Shown: in pieces, positions 19,292 through 31,505 of the stretch
Layout of the letters: every line of letters begins with the position of its first letter
How positions within the stretch are numbered: position 1 is the first letter of the stretch
Source: Phycisphaerales bacterium
Lineage (GTDB): Bacteria; Planctomycetota; Phycisphaerae; Phycisphaerales; SM1A02
Length of the DNA stretch: 42,746 bases
NCBI GenBank assembly: GCA_044356865.1
Contig: JBIKVN010000001.1
Location: 1-42,746, forward strand
Reading direction: 5' to 3'
The notes under the pieces: generated by a model
Database searches by the model: none
What the model was told of the DNA's origin: nothing
What the model saw: the letters and a program-made list of their open reading frames with translations, nothing else
Position numbers and translations under genes: made by a program

Positions 19292-20662
19292 ATGACCGCG
19301 ACCCAAGCCCCGAAGCACCACGGTGCCGCCGAGCGCCTCCAGGAACTCATCGACACCAATCGCGCCGTCGTCGGCGTGATCGGCTTGGGTTATGTCGGAT
19401 TGCCGCTCGCCCACGCCCTGCACCAAGGCGGATTGCCGGTCGTCGGCTTCGACATCGATCGCCGCAAGATCGACTGCATCGAGCGCAAGGAGAACTATCT
19501 CAAGCATCTCGGCGACGACATGATCGTGTCGCTCGCGAACAGCCAACGCTTCGACGCCACCACCGACTTCTCGAGGCTCGGCGAGTGCGACGTGATCATC
19601 GTCTGCGTGCCCACGCCGCTCGGCAAGCATCAGGAACCGGACATCTCGTACATCCTCAACACCGCCGAGGCGATCGGCAAGACGCTTCGAGCGGGGCAGC
19701 TCGTGATCCTCGAGAGCACCACGTATCCGGGCACGACCCGTGACGACATGATGCCCGCCATCTTCAAGGCGGCCGGCCCGCGCGGCGAAGGTCTCCTGGT
19801 CGGCCGCGACGTCTTCGGGGCCTTCAGCCCCGAGCGTGAGGATCCGGGTCGCAAGTCCCATTCGACAAGCACCATCCCGAAACTGGTCGGCGGTCTTGAT
19901 GACCGCAGCACCGGGCTTGCGGCCAGCGTGTATCGCAAGGGCGTGACGCAGGTCGTGCCCGTGGCGAGCGCCGAGATCGCCGAGAGCGCCAAGCTTCTCG
20001 AGAACATCTTCCGTTGCGTCAACATCGCGATGGTCAACGAGCTCAAGACCGTGCTCACCCCGATGGGCATCGATGTCTGGGAGGTGATTCGCGCCGCCAG
20101 CACCAAGCCCTTCGGATTCATGCCCTTCTTCCCCGGGCCGGGCCTCGGCGGACACTGCATCCCGATCGATCCGTTCTACCTGACCTGGAAGGCCAAGGAG
20201 GTGGGCAAGAACACCCGCTTCATCGAGCTTGCGGGCGAGATCAACACCGCGATGCCGCACTACGTCCTGGAGCGAACCATCGAGGCCCTGAATGACCGGG
20301 CCAAGAGCCTGAAGGGCTCGCGGATCCTGGTGCTCGGGCTCGCGTACAAGCCCGACATCGACGACGTGCGCGAGAGCCCGTCGTTCGAGCTGATCGAGCT
20401 CTTCAAGGGCAAGGGCGCCCGCGTCGACTATTCCGATCCGCACGTGCCCGAGACCTGGGCCGGCCGGAAGCATGATCTCCAGATGAAGAGCGTGACCATC
20501 ACGCCCGAGACGCTTGCCGGCTACGACTGCGTGGTCGTTTCGACGAACCATGCGGCGTTCGACTGGGCGAAGATCGCCAAGCATTCGAAGCTGATCGTCG
20601 ACAGTCGCGACGCGCTCCGGGCCCATCACGCCGAGCTCGGCGACCGGATTGTGCTGGCCTGA
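19292..20662 (+). CDS. nucleotide-sugar dehydrogenase (UDP-N-acetyl-hexosamine 6-dehydrogenase-like, WbpA/WbpO/TviB type)
   Basis: Rossmann motif VGVIGLGYVGLPLAHAL. Catalytic-Cys region GLGGHCIPIDPFYLTWKAKE. C-terminal UDP-binding domain ILVLGLAYKPDIDDVRESP. Confidence 0.9.
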   Translation: MTATQAPKHHGAAERLQELIDTNRAVVGVIGLGYVGLPLAHALHQGGLPVVGFDIDRRKIDCIERKENYLKHLGDDMIVSLANSQRFDATTDFSRLGECDVIIVCVPTPLGKHQEPDISYILNTAEAIGKTLRAGQLVILESTTYPGTTRDDMMPAIFKAAGPRGEGLLVGRDVFGAFSPEREDPGRKSHSTSTIPKLVGGLDDRSTGLAASVYRKGVTQVVPVASAEIAESAKLLENIFRCVNIAMVNELKTVLTPMGIDVWEVIRAASTKPFGFMPFFPGPGLGGHCIPIDPFYLTWKAKEVGKNTRFIELAGEINTAMPHYVLERTIEALNDRAKSLKGSRILVLGLAYKPDIDDVRESPSFELIELFKGKGARVDYSDPHVPETWAGRKHDLQMKSVTITPETLAGYDCVVVSTNHAAFDWAKIAKHSKLIVDSRDALRAHHAELGDRIVLA

Positions 20663-20700
20663 ACCCCCGGCCGCGGGAGCGGCGTACCTTGGTATCTCGC

Positions 20701-21861
20701 GTGCGCCTCCTCCATGTCATCGAGGGCTTGAATCCGGATCGCGGGGGACCGCCGCAGGTCGCGGCGGCGTTGGCATCGGCCCAGCGCGACGCGGGTCATG
20801 AGGTGGCGTTTGCGAGCCACGACGCCGGCTCGGCGGAGGTGGGGGACTTTCTGGCCTCGCGCGGCCTGTCGGACTGCCTTCGCGTGACGGTCGGTGCATG
20901 CGGGGCGTTCGGCGCGAATGCGTTCGCCGCTGCGATGGATCGCGAGCCGCGACCCGATGCGCTGCATCTCCACGGCGTGTGGAACCCGATCCTTCCGCAG
21001 GCGGCCCGCTGGGCCGAGCGCCGCGGAGTCCCGTACCGGATCTCCACCCACGGTTCGCTCCATCCCTTTCCCATGCGTCGTGCCCGATGGAAGAAGGAAC
21101 TGGCGATGGCGCTGACGCACCGGCGCCTGCTCCGCGGCGCGTCGAAGGTGTTCGTCCTCAATGAAGAGGAACGGAGGGCTGCAGCCCCGCGATGTGCGCC
21201 GGACGCCGTCGAGGTATTGCCGAACGGAGTCGAGCGGCGACCGGAGGCCGATCGTCCCCACGAAGGACGCTCCGGCCGCGCTTTCGTGGTGTTCCTCGGC
21301 CGGCTGGACTGGACCAAGGGCGTCGAGCGCCTGGTCTCGGCACATCGATTGGTTCTCGATTCGGGCATCGACTGCGATCTGGTCGTGGTCGGAAACGATT
21401 GGGGGTCTCGGGCCTCGATCGAGTCCGCCATCCGGACGGCGGGAACGGGCGATCGCGTTCGGCTGGTCGGTCCCAAGTACGGCGACCAGAAGTGGGAGCT
21501 GCTCGCGAGCGCCCGGCTTCTCGTCCACCTTCCGCACTACGAGGGTTTCGGCATGGCGGTCCTCGAGGCCCTGGCCGTCGGCACGCCGGCGGTGATCGGC
21601 GATCGTTGCCTGCTGCCCGGTGCCGGACCGGAGATGGGGGTCACGGTCACCGCGTCGCAGCCATCCGCCCTCGCCGCCGAGGTGGTCCGGTTGCTGTCCG
21701 ACGAGGGTGCGAGGAACGCGCTCGCGGCGTCGGGTGTGCGGGCGGCCCGGGAACGATTCAGTTGGTCGGCGATCGCGGCTCGATGCACGGGATCCGATGG
21801 ACCTGTCGGTCCGCGGTCCGGGCGGGGCCTGACGCAGTCCGGCGGAGGAACCGGGTCATGA
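20701..21861 (+). CDS. glycosyltransferase family 4 (GT-B)
   Basis: I chose GTG 20701 (the ORF opens at TTG 20689) because VRLLHVIEGLNPDRGGPP aligns with MRILHVIETLDPDAGGPP of the paralog at 38263. EX7E-type C-terminal half HLPHYEGFGMAVLEALAVGTPAV. The stop overlaps the next start (ATGA). Confidence 0.85.
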   Translation: MRLLHVIEGLNPDRGGPPQVAAALASAQRDAGHEVAFASHDAGSAEVGDFLASRGLSDCLRVTVGACGAFGANAFAAAMDREPRPDALHLHGVWNPILPQAARWAERRGVPYRISTHGSLHPFPMRRARWKKELAMALTHRRLLRGASKVFVLNEEERRAAAPRCAPDAVEVLPNGVERRPEADRPHEGRSGRAFVVFLGRLDWTKGVERLVSAHRLVLDSGIDCDLVVVGNDWGSRASIESAIRTAGTGDRVRLVGPKYGDQKWELLASARLLVHLPHYEGFGMAVLEALAVGTPAVIGDRCLLPGAGPEMGVTVTASQPSALAAEVVRLLSDEGARNALAASGVRAARERFSWSAIAARCTGSDGPVGPRSGRGLTQSGGGTGS

Positions 21862-22994
21862 AAGTACGGATCGTGCAGTCCGTGATCCCCGAGTACCGGG
21901 ATCCCTTCTTTCGTCGGATCGCCGCGCAGCCCGGGATCGAGCTCGAGGTGTGGGCGGATCTCGAAGAGGGAACCGGAAGTCTCAAGAACGCTCCCGACCG
22001 CGGCGGATATCGCCGCGTCCACGCGCCGAACCGCGTCGTGGGACCGCTGCTTTGGCAACCGGCGCTTCTGGATGCCGTGAACGGCGAGGCCGAGGTCGTG
22101 GTCGCCCAGTGGAACGCCCGTCTCGCCCACCTTTTCCCCGCGATCCGGAAGGCCCGACGCCATGGGGTTCGCCTGGTGCTCTGGGGTCACGGCATGGGGA
22201 AGCGAGAGTCCGCGACCCGGCGGGCCATCCGGAACGCGCTGGGGAAGCGGGCGGACGCGGTGATCCTGTACACGCCGGGTGTCGCCGCGGAGTTGCGGGA
22301 TGCCGGATTCGACCCGAGAAGGTTGCATGTCGCGCCGAACTCGCTGAACCTCGATCCGATCGAAGCGGCCAGACGGGCCTGGCCTGCGGAACGGGTCCGA
22401 TCGTTCCTGGCCGAGCGGGGATTCGAGCCCGGCCGCACGGTGCTGTTCGTTTCGCGCCTCGAACCCGACAAGCGAGTCGATCTGCTGCTCGAGGCGATGG
22501 CCGCACTGGCCGGCGACCATCCCGAGCTCCGGACCTGCATCATCGGCGGCGGTCCCGAGCGGCCGCAGCTCGAGGCCCTCGCGGGCCGGCTCGGGATCTC
22601 GTCGACCGTTCGCTTCGAGGGTCCGGTCTACACCGAAGCCAACCTTGCCCCGTGGTTTCTCGGCTCGATGTGCATGGGCTATCCGGGCCCGATCGGGCTG
22701 AGCCTGCTGCATGCATTCGCGTACGGGCTTCCGGTCATCGCCCACGATCGGAGGATCAACCACGGGCCCGAGATCGAGGCCCTCCGGCCGGCCGAGAACG
22801 GGCTGCTGTTCACCGAAGGGGATCCACGTACGCTCGCGGACGCGATCGCCTCGCTGCACAAGGACGACGAGCGGCGGCGACGCATGTCGGACGCCGCCCG
22901 AAGCGCCGTGCGGGACGACGGTCCGTGGTCGATGGACGCCATGGTGCGCGGATTCACCGCGGCGATCCGCGGTGAACCGTCCTGCGGTCCTTGA
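21858..22994 (+). CDS. glycosyltransferase family 4 (GT-B)
   Basis: ATG 21858 forms an ATGA overlap with the upstream stop. FVSRLEPDKRVDLLLEAM...GGGPERPQLEALAGRLGISSTVRFEGPV...GLSLLHAFAYGLPVIAHD is typical of GT4 C-terminal domains. Confidence 0.85.
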   Translation: MKVRIVQSVIPEYRDPFFRRIAAQPGIELEVWADLEEGTGSLKNAPDRGGYRRVHAPNRVVGPLLWQPALLDAVNGEAEVVVAQWNARLAHLFPAIRKARRHGVRLVLWGHGMGKRESATRRAIRNALGKRADAVILYTPGVAAELRDAGFDPRRLHVAPNSLNLDPIEAARRAWPAERVRSFLAERGFEPGRTVLFVSRLEPDKRVDLLLEAMAALAGDHPELRTCIIGGGPERPQLEALAGRLGISSTVRFEGPVYTEANLAPWFLGSMCMGYPGPIGLSLLHAFAYGLPVIAHDRRINHGPEIEALRPAENGLLFTEGDPRTLADAIASLHKDDERRRRMSDAARSAVRDDGPWSMDAMVRGFTAAIRGEPSCGP

Positions 22995-23012
22995 TCCTTC
23001 CGAGGCGTCGGA

Positions 23013-24608
23013 TCAGGGATTCCCGACGGCACGGCGACCGGGAATCCTGCCGATCACGCGGGTCCACCCGCCGCGGATGCCGGCGACGAGCCGGGCGAAG
23101 AGCTCGCGGTCGAGAAGGCGGATCGCCGCGAGGTACGCCGGCACGAACACGGTCGTCGCGCCGATGCAGCAGAGGAGTGCGTTCAGCCAGTGACCGTCGC
23201 TGAGCAGGGCCAGCGGCACCGCGGGCACCGCCGCGATCGCCGCGGCCGCGATGGGTTTGCCGAACAGTCCCAGGACGCCCACCAGTTCCGCCCCTCGGGC
23301 CCGGGTGGCCAGGATCGCGCCGAACGGACACGACAGCGCGTACTGCAGTGCGATGACGCACGCCACGGCGAAAGCGGCGCCGTTGTCCACCCACTGCCGT
23401 CGCTCGATGATCGGCCCGATCCATCCCGCGGCAAGGAACACCGCCGGCACCAGGAGCGCCGACTGGCCGGCTTGCCATCCGGTGTAGGCATGGAACCGTC
23501 CTTGGGCCTTCAGCAGCGCCGTCGAGCAGCCCATCCCGAAGTAGAAGATCTGGCCGGCGGCCAGGACCATCAACAGCGGGGCCGCCGGCCACCACCGTTC
23601 GGGCAGGACCAGGTGCATGAACGGAACCGCGATGATTCCTTGCAGGGCGACCAGCGGAGCCGTGGCGGCCCCGATGACCGCCGTGTTCTTGAGGAACGAT
23701 CGGCGCTGCGCTGCCGGGTCCCGGTTGAGGTGGGCGAAGACCGGCTGCAGCGCGACGCTCACGTTGTAGGCGAAGACCCCGTTGATCTGCGCCGAGAGGT
23801 TGAAGGCCAGGAAGTAGAGGCCGGTCTCGTCCTGCGTCGCGAGCAACCCGAGCGCGATGTAGTCGACGAACAGCGAGATCGAGTGGGCATACTGGCCGGT
23901 CGAAAGCGTCGCGTACTCGCGGAAGAGCGGCCCGGCGCCGGCGAGCGTGGGGCGCAGCGAAGGCACCGGTCGGGCCCGGGTGGCGAACAGGTAACTCGTC
24001 AGCCCCACCACGAGCAGGGAAGGAAGGACCACCGCGAGCGAGCCGCCGCCGAGCGCCGCCACGATCACCGCGACCGCCAGCGAGAAGATGGGCACGATCA
24101 CGTTCACCCGGGTGATGTCGCCGAAGCGAAGCGACTCCCGCAGCACTGTGTATGGGACGATCTGGAACGCCAGCAGCAGCGGCCTCACCGACAGGATTCC
24201 CAGCAGGACCGCGAGCCGCGGGTCGGACTTCCACGCCAGTACCGGCGGGATCATCGCGAGGAGAAACGCGGTCGACAGCAGTCCGGATCCCATCAGGGTC
24301 CAGAAGGCCGGCGCCGCGTCCTCGCGAAGCCGGTCCCGTCTGGCCAGCAGGACATCGCTCATGATGAGCGGATTGAGAAAGGTCAGCATCAGGTTGATGC
24401 TGATCGCGAAGGTCGCGATCCCGAGCTGTTCCGGCAGCAGGAACCAGGCGAGCGCGAACTGTGAACCTGCCGCCGCCGCTTTTCCGACGACGGTCTGCAC
24501 GACCGCCAGGATGGATCCCTGTCGTGCTGACGCGTCGAGCGTCCGTTCGTCCCACGAATCCGGTCGGGAAGCGGAAGGATCCTCATCATCGGTGTGCGGC
24601 GCGGTCAT
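23013..24608 (-). CDS. wzx: oligosaccharide/polysaccharide flippase (Wzx, MOP superfamily)
   Basis: 531 aa with 12 or more hydrophobic segments. The N-terminal block VVGKAAAAGSQFALAWFLLPEQLGIATFAISINLMLTFLNPLI resembles the polysaccharide biosynthesis protein family. The start overlaps the upstream stop by 4 nt. Confidence 0.8.
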   Translation of the reverse strand: MTAPHTDDEDPSASRPDSWDERTLDASARQGSILAVVQTVVGKAAAAGSQFALAWFLLPEQLGIATFAISINLMLTFLNPLIMSDVLLARRDRLREDAAPAFWTLMGSGLLSTAFLLAMIPPVLAWKSDPRLAVLLGILSVRPLLLAFQIVPYTVLRESLRFGDITRVNVIVPIFSLAVAVIVAALGGGSLAVVLPSLLVVGLTSYLFATRARPVPSLRPTLAGAGPLFREYATLSTGQYAHSISLFVDYIALGLLATQDETGLYFLAFNLSAQINGVFAYNVSVALQPVFAHLNRDPAAQRRSFLKNTAVIGAATAPLVALQGIIAVPFMHLVLPERWWPAAPLLMVLAAGQIFYFGMGCSTALLKAQGRFHAYTGWQAGQSALLVPAVFLAAGWIGPIIERRQWVDNGAAFAVACVIALQYALSCPFGAILATRARGAELVGVLGLFGKPIAAAAIAAVPAVPLALLSDGHWLNALLCCIGATTVFVPAYLAAIRLLDRELFARLVAGIRGGWTRVIGRIPGRRAVGNP

Positions 24609-25984
24609 CGCTCGGCCATCCGGGCCAGTTCGGGCCGGCCCAGTTCGGGTTCCAGCGCCGGGTCCTCCGGGAACTCATCCGCCGGATCGCCTTCCGCGTC
24701 CGCCTGATCGACCGGTTCCAGATGCTCCTCGGCTGTCGGGATCGAGAACAGCCGGGCGATGATGCAGCAGTAGCAGAACAGGTCGATGTTCCCCCAGATC
24801 GTTCCCGCCTTGTTCGCGATGATGAACTCGAACGCCGCCAGTCCGACCAGGAAGCCCATGCCCGATCGGAGGGACGGATCGGCCGCGGTCCGGGCGAGCA
24901 GGCTGCGGCCGGTCTTGAAGGCCGTGAGGAAGATGATGGCTCCCAGGACGACCCCAGGGATCCCGAGTTCGAAGATCAGGTCCATCAACAGGACGTGTGA
25001 GTAGGGATCGCCGCTCGCGGTGGGAAGGTCGTGGAACGCCGCCGATCCGAGACCGATGGGCCACAGGGCGGGGTAGTTGAAGTAGCTCATCGCGAGGTCG
25101 AGGACGTTCTCGACCCGGCCGCCGCTGCCCGACGTCACGCTCTCCATCGACCAGCGGTCGCGGTTGTCGATGCCGATGAAGAAACTCTGCACGACCACGA
25201 TGGCGACGAGGATCACCGCCGCCGCCGAGGTCGTGAGGAGGAACTGCCGTACGTCGGCGATCTTCCGGGCGAGGGGCAGGAAGAGCACGCCGACGGCGAT
25301 CGCCGCGAGCACCTCGCCGCGGGATCCCGACAGGAGCCCGAGCCCGAGGCCCACGACGAAGGCGGCGCACCGGGTCAGGAAGACCAGCGTCCCGTCACGC
25401 GGGGAACCGAGTGCGGCCGCGATGACCAGCATCCCGCCGAGCGCCCCGATCTCGAGGGGGTTCGATCGCTCCACCGCATCCAGGGCCAGCACGTACCGGG
25501 TGTTGTAGAAGCGGAAGTTCGGGTTGAGCAGGATGAGCAGGGCCAGCGCCGTGCCGGTGAAAAGCACGGCGATCCGGAACTCCGTCATGTCCCGGACTGC
25601 GGACACCAGCGCCGGCGCCAGCACGATGAGCACCACGAAGTACGGCATCGAGTGCAGCATCGAGTCGAGCAGGTACGCCGGCGCGAAGGTCCAGACCAGG
25701 GACAGGGCGCCCCACAGGTACAGACCGAGGGTCGCCAGCAAGGTCGGGGTCCAGAAGGGCAGCAGCAAGCCGCGACCCGAGAGGCTCAGCCGGACGGCGG
25801 TCAGCAGGGCGAGCGCGCCCACCATCACGTTGCCGAGGTACGGGCGGGCCAGGAACGCCCCGGAGCTGGCCTGGAGGAGCTGCTCGAGGGGGAACATGAG
25901 CGTGACGATCGCCAGACACCACGCCGGACGAAGGACGCCGAGCACAAACAGGATCGCGATGATGCCGATGGTCAACTCACCCAT
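24605..25984 (-). CDS. O-antigen ligase/polymerase family membrane protein (Wzy-like)
   Basis: 459 aa and polytopic. The central LLSGSRGEVLAAIAVGVLFL block followed by a large loop and further TMs fits the Wzy_C / O-antigen ligase topology. It sits between gmd and wzx. Confidence 0.75.
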   Translation of the reverse strand: MGELTIGIIAILFVLGVLRPAWCLAIVTLMFPLEQLLQASSGAFLARPYLGNVMVGALALLTAVRLSLSGRGLLLPFWTPTLLATLGLYLWGALSLVWTFAPAYLLDSMLHSMPYFVVLIVLAPALVSAVRDMTEFRIAVLFTGTALALLILLNPNFRFYNTRYVLALDAVERSNPLEIGALGGMLVIAAALGSPRDGTLVFLTRCAAFVVGLGLGLLSGSRGEVLAAIAVGVLFLPLARKIADVRQFLLTTSAAAVILVAIVVVQSFFIGIDNRDRWSMESVTSGSGGRVENVLDLAMSYFNYPALWPIGLGSAAFHDLPTASGDPYSHVLLMDLIFELGIPGVVLGAIIFLTAFKTGRSLLARTAADPSLRSGMGFLVGLAAFEFIIANKAGTIWGNIDLFCYCCIIARLFSIPTAEEHLEPVDQADAEGDPADEFPEDPALEPELGRPELARMAER

Positions 25985-26002
25985 CGATCGATTCCGTTCC
26001 GG

Positions 26003-27070
<1,068 letters not shown>

Positions 27071-27291
27071 TCATCCTCGGTCGAAACGAGGATTCGGTAT
27101 CGGCCCGAATCGACGCCCCATGTCAACAGTAATGCCGGGTTGGCGCGAAGTTGCCTCGGATCGGGGATCGGGCCGCCGACCGCCTCCCGCCGAACCCGTG
27201 TCATTTCGTCCGGATCGGACGGATGGGGGCTGGACCGGTTCGGCAATCCCTGCGCCCCGGGCGCCCGACTCCGGCCGAACTCCGGCCAGAC

Positions 27292-29199
27292 CTACGAAAG
27301 GCCGCGGAGCCAAAGTTCGAGCTTGAGATAACTCTGTGCGACATGGTCGGGCCAGAGTCGGAGTTTGCTTCGCAACGACTTCTCGCATGCTCTCGCGACA
27401 TTGCCGTCGAGCAGGCCGTGCGAGACCGCCAGTCCATCGGGGAGCAGGCCGGCGTAGCGCTGTCCGATGAGGGGCACCCAAGTCCGCCATGGACTCGAGA
27501 AACCCTTCTTGGGCCGGTTGGCGATCCAATCGGGCAGCAGGTCGGCGACGGCCTTCCGCAGCCAGATCTTGGGGCCGAGATCGGAGTCGGGTCGCGCCTT
27601 GCGGAGGCCGACCGCCGTCTCGACGAGCCGATAGTCGACCAGCGGAGTCCGGGCCTCGATCCCGTGGCGCATGCTCAGGCGATCGGTCTGGGCGAGACCG
27701 TTGCCGAGCAGGTAGGTCCGGATGATGAGCTTGGTCAGCTCGACCTCGAGGGGTTCGGGCGATGGGGGCAAGCGGTGGTGCCGCAACGCGGCGTCGTGGC
27801 CGGCCGCTTCCGCGAGCCGACGGGCGGCCGCCGACTCCATGTGCCGCTCGGTCTCGCGGAAGCCGTGGGTGAGGTCCCAGAAGCGCATCATCCGTGCGTC
27901 CGCGCGCCATCGCCGCGTGAGGGCTCGGAAGCCCGAACGCATTCCCGCGAGATCGCGCAGCCACAGGATCGTCATCGTCGGAGAGGGCGGCGGGGCGTGG
28001 GGCCGCAGGTGCCCGAGCGTCGCGAGCAGTCCCGGCTGCAGCGCGAGTTCAGACAGCGTCCGGGCCTCCGCCTGCAGGCGATATCCGCGGAACAGCTCGT
28101 CACCGCCGAGGCCCGACAGCATCACCGGCAAGCCCAGCTCGCGGCATCGCCGGAACATGAAAAACAGCGGGAAACCCGCCAGATCGGTGATCGGCTCATC
28201 CCGGGCCTGCACCACGTCCGGGACCGCCTCGACCACCTCTTCGGCGGAGATCTTCACGCGGTGGAAAGGAATCCCGAGGTGGGCGGCGAACCGCTCGGCG
28301 ACCTGGCTCTCGTCGTGCCGTCCGGCATGTTCGTATCCCACGCTGACCGCGTGCATCGTCCCCGGATACTCGCGAGCCGCCAGTGCGGCGATCGAGGACG
28401 AGTCGATGCCTCCGCTCAGGCACACTCCGACCGGCACGTCGGAGCGGATCGAAAGCCGGATCACCCGTTCGAGTTCCGACCGGACCGTCGAGACCGGATC
28501 GGCGTCGATCGGCGGGATCTCGTCCAGAGACCAGTACGCACGCCGGGTACGAGCGCCGGTCTCCAGCGAAAATGTCTCGAGGCAACCCGCGGGCAGCTTC
28601 TCGACGCCCTCGATCGGCGCCAGCGGTTCCGGGATGAAACCCCAATAGAGGAAGTCGACGACGGCCAGCGGATCCGGACGGATCGGAACCAGCCCCGAAC
28701 GCGTCATCGGCCGAAGTTCCGACGAGAACCAGAGCTGTCGACCTCGGGCGAAAAGGTGCAGCGGCTTCTCGCCGAGCCGATCCCGGAAGAGGATCACCTT
28801 TCGTCGTGGCCCATCGAAGATCGCGCCGGCGAACATGCCGCGCAGGCGCTGCACGAAGTCCTCGCCCGACTCCTCGTACAGATGGAGGATGGTCTCGCAA
28901 TCGCTTCCGGTCGCGAATCGATGACCCCGTCCCTCGAGTTCCCGGCGGAGCTCGACGAAGTTGTAGATCTCGCCGTTCACCACCAGCGCGATCGACCGGT
29001 CCTCGTTGTAGAGCGGCTGCTGCCCCGACGCGAGATCGTGGATGGCCAACCGGCTCATGGCCAGGACCACATGCGACGTGACCAGGGAACCCGTCCCGTC
29101 CGGACCCCGATGCGCCTGGAGGCCATTCATCGCGGAAACCGTCGAGAGTTCGGAGTCGGTCAGGGGATTTGCCGATACTACGCCGACGATTCCGCACAT
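27292..29199 (-). CDS. asnB: asparagine synthase (glutamine-hydrolysing) family amidotransferase, glycan-locus type (WbpS-like)
   Basis: ATG 29199 gives MCGIVG, the Ntn glutaminase nucleophile Cys2. Also present: HRGPDG, NGEIYNF, and the PP-loop [12 protein letters not shown] of the synthetase domain. 635 aa. Confidence 0.9.
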   Translation of the reverse strand: MCGIVGVVSANPLTDSELSTVSAMNGLQAHRGPDGTGSLVTSHVVLAMSRLAIHDLASGQQPLYNEDRSIALVVNGEIYNFVELRRELEGRGHRFATGSDCETILHLYEESGEDFVQRLRGMFAGAIFDGPRRKVILFRDRLGEKPLHLFARGRQLWFSSELRPMTRSGLVPIRPDPLAVVDFLYWGFIPEPLAPIEGVEKLPAGCLETFSLETGARTRRAYWSLDEIPPIDADPVSTVRSELERVIRLSIRSDVPVGVCLSGGIDSSSIAALAAREYPGTMHAVSVGYEHAGRHDESQVAERFAAHLGIPFHRVKISAEEVVEAVPDVVQARDEPITDLAGFPLFFMFRRCRELGLPVMLSGLGGDELFRGYRLQAEARTLSELALQPGLLATLGHLRPHAPPPSPTMTILWLRDLAGMRSGFRALTRRWRADARMMRFWDLTHGFRETERHMESAAARRLAEAAGHDAALRHHRLPPSPEPLEVELTKLIIRTYLLGNGLAQTDRLSMRHGIEARTPLVDYRLVETAVGLRKARPDSDLGPKIWLRKAVADLLPDWIANRPKKGFSSPWRTWVPLIGQRYAGLLPDGLAVSHGLLDGNVARACEKSLRSKLRLWPDHVAQSYLKLELWLRGLS

Positions 29200-29304
29200 G
29201 GGTGGATCCGGAACGGGTCCGCGGGGACCGATCCGGGGAGCATACCGGAGCCCCCTGACCGATCCGCCGCTTCCCAGCCGGTTTCCGCTCGCGAGGACCA
29301 GACG

Positions 29305-30273
29305 GTGCCCATCGACCTTCGAGACCATCGGATCGTGCTGACCGGGGGAGCCGGTTTCCTCGGGACGGCGGTGCAGGCCGCGCTTGCCCGGCGGGGGGCG
29401 GTTCCGGTCGGGATCCCCCGAAAGCGGGACTTCGACCTGACCCGGGAGGCCGACGTGGCCCGCCTGTATCGGGAGTACCGCCCCGACGTCGTCATCCACC
29501 TCGCCGCCGAGGTCGGCGGGATCGGGGCGAACATGGCGAACCCGGGCCGGTACTTCTTCGCCAACATGGCCATGGCCCTCCACCTGATCGAGCAGGCACG
29601 CATCCACGGGATCCGCAAGTTCGTGCAGGTCGGCACCATCTGTGCCTACCCCAAGTTCACGCCGGTTCCGTTCCGCGAGGACGAACTCTGGAACGGGTAT
29701 CCGGAGGAGACCAACGCCCCGTACGGCGTCGCGAAGAAGGCGGCCCTGGTGATGCTCGACGCGTACCGCCGCCAGTACGGCTTGGCTTCGAGCTACCTCC
29801 TGCCGGTCAACCTGTACGGGCCGCGCGACAACTTCGATCTCGCCTCGTCGCACGTCATCCCGGCGCTGATCCGCAAGTGCGATACGGCCCGGCGTGACGC
29901 GGCGAGTTCCGTCAGCTGCTGGGGGACCGGCTCCGCAAGCCGCGAGTTCCTGTATGTGGACGATGCGGCCGAGGGCATCGTCCGGGCGGCCGAGGTCATG
30001 GACGAGCCGGTGCCCATCAATCTCGGCACCGGTCACGAGATCACGATTCGCGACCTGGTGGAGCTGGTGGCCCGACTCACCGGATTCCGCGGAACCATCG
30101 AGTGGGACGCGAGCAAGCCCGACGGGCAGCCGCGTCGGTGCCTGGACACCGCGCGGGCCGCGGAGCTCCTCGGTTGGAAAGCGGAGGTCGGATTCGAGGA
30201 AGGACTGCGCCGGACCATCGAGTGGTTCCGCTCCGACGGGGGATCGGCTTGCCGCACCCCGGCCGGCCCTTGA
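29305..30273 (+). CDS. fcl: GDP-L-fucose synthase (GDP-4-keto-6-deoxy-D-mannose 3,5-epimerase/4-reductase)
   Basis: GTG 29305. [48 protein letters not shown] (YxxxK), [14 protein letters not shown] and [14 protein letters not shown]-like blocks are typical of Fcl/WcaG. Divergent from asnB, with 105 bp between the two starts. Confidence 0.92.
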   Translation: MPIDLRDHRIVLTGGAGFLGTAVQAALARRGAVPVGIPRKRDFDLTREADVARLYREYRPDVVIHLAAEVGGIGANMANPGRYFFANMAMALHLIEQARIHGIRKFVQVGTICAYPKFTPVPFREDELWNGYPEETNAPYGVAKKAALVMLDAYRRQYGLASSYLLPVNLYGPRDNFDLASSHVIPALIRKCDTARRDAASSVSCWGTGSASREFLYVDDAAEGIVRAAEVMDEPVPINLGTGHEITIRDLVELVARLTGFRGTIEWDASKPDGQPRRCLDTARAAELLGWKAEVGFEEGLRRTIEWFRSDGGSACRTPAGP

Positions 30274-30278
30274 ACGCG

Positions 30279-31505
30279 ATGCGCGTGCTGCTGCTCAACC
30301 AGGTGTTCTATCCCGATGTCGCGGCGACCGCCCAGCATGGACATGATCTCGCACGGGCTCTGGTCGCGGCGGGACACGAGGTCACCGCGATCGCCTCCCG
30401 CTCCCTGTACGGGGATGCGACGGTCCGCCTGCCCGCGTCCGAGACCGTCGACGGGATCCGCATCGAGCGAGTCGGGCGGAACTGGTTCGGAAAGCGGCAC
30501 CTGCTGGGCCGGATGGCCGACTTTGGGCTGTTTTACCTTGCGGCGGCCCTCAAGTCGTTGCGGGTCGGGCGGCACGACGTCGTCATCGCGTTCACGACGC
30601 CACCGCTCATCGCCGGAGTCGGCTGGCTGGCCACGAGACTGCGCGGCGGCAAGTTGATTTACTGGTCGATGGACCTTTATCCCGAAGTCGCCGTCGCGGG
30701 CGGATTGGTGAACCGGCGATCGCCGGCCGTTCGTCTCGTGTCGGCGATCGACACGGCGGTGATGCGAGGATCCGCGGCGGTGGTCGCTCTCGGGCGATGC
30801 ATGCGGGATCGAATCCTCGCCCGCGACGTCTCGCCCGCCAAGGTGCACGTGATACCCGTATGGGGCGAGGAGACGCTGCCGGCGACGACCGACGGCGAGA
30901 ACTCGTTCCGACGGCAGTGGGGGGTTGGCGACCGGCAGGTCCTGATCATGTACTCGGGCAACTTCGGGCTCGGCCACGACGTACAGACCTTCCTCGGGGC
31001 GGCCCGGCGGCTCGCGACCGATCCGACGATCCGCTTCGCGTTCGTCGGCGGCGGTGCCCGGCGTGCCGAGGTCGAGCGGTTCATTGCGGAGCATCGCCTC
31101 GGGAACTGCATACTCGCCCCGTACCAACCGCGGGAGCGGCTGGCCGAGCTGCTGGCGGCCGGTGACATTCACCTCATCACGATGCTCCCGTCGTTCGCCG
31201 GGGTGATGGTCCCGAGCAAGCTGTACGGCGTCCTCGCCGCGGGCCGGCCGGCGATCTTCGTCGGGCCGGCCGAGGCGGAAGGGGCCCTCACCGTCGAGGA
31301 GCTCGGGTGCGGGGCGGTGGTCGCGCCCGGCGACGTCGACGGACTCGTCAGCGCGATACGCGGGCTGGCGAGCGATCGCGAGGAGCGGGTCCGCATGGGC
31401 GAGGCGGGACGGCGCGAAGCGGCCGCGCGATTCGGGCGAGGCCCCGCGTGCGAGGCTTGGCAGCGGCTCGTGGCAACTCTGGACCGGAACGGGAACATCG
31501 CATGA
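30279..31505 (+). CDS. glycosyltransferase family 4, WcaI/WbuB-like
   Basis: MRVLLLNQVFYPDVAATAQHGHDLARALVAAGHEVT and LIYWSMDLYPEVAV are characteristic of the WcaI-type subfamily. The C-terminal half is MLPSFAGVMVPSKLYGVLAAGRPAIFVG. Confidence 0.85.
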   Translation: MRVLLLNQVFYPDVAATAQHGHDLARALVAAGHEVTAIASRSLYGDATVRLPASETVDGIRIERVGRNWFGKRHLLGRMADFGLFYLAAALKSLRVGRHDVVIAFTTPPLIAGVGWLATRLRGGKLIYWSMDLYPEVAVAGGLVNRRSPAVRLVSAIDTAVMRGSAAVVALGRCMRDRILARDVSPAKVHVIPVWGEETLPATTDGENSFRRQWGVGDRQVLIMYSGNFGLGHDVQTFLGAARRLATDPTIRFAFVGGGARRAEVERFIAEHRLGNCILAPYQPRERLAELLAAGDIHLITMLPSFAGVMVPSKLYGVLAAGRPAIFVGPAEAEGALTVEELGCGAVVAPGDVDGLVSAIRGLASDREERVRMGEAGRREAAARFGRGPACEAWQRLVATLDRNGNIA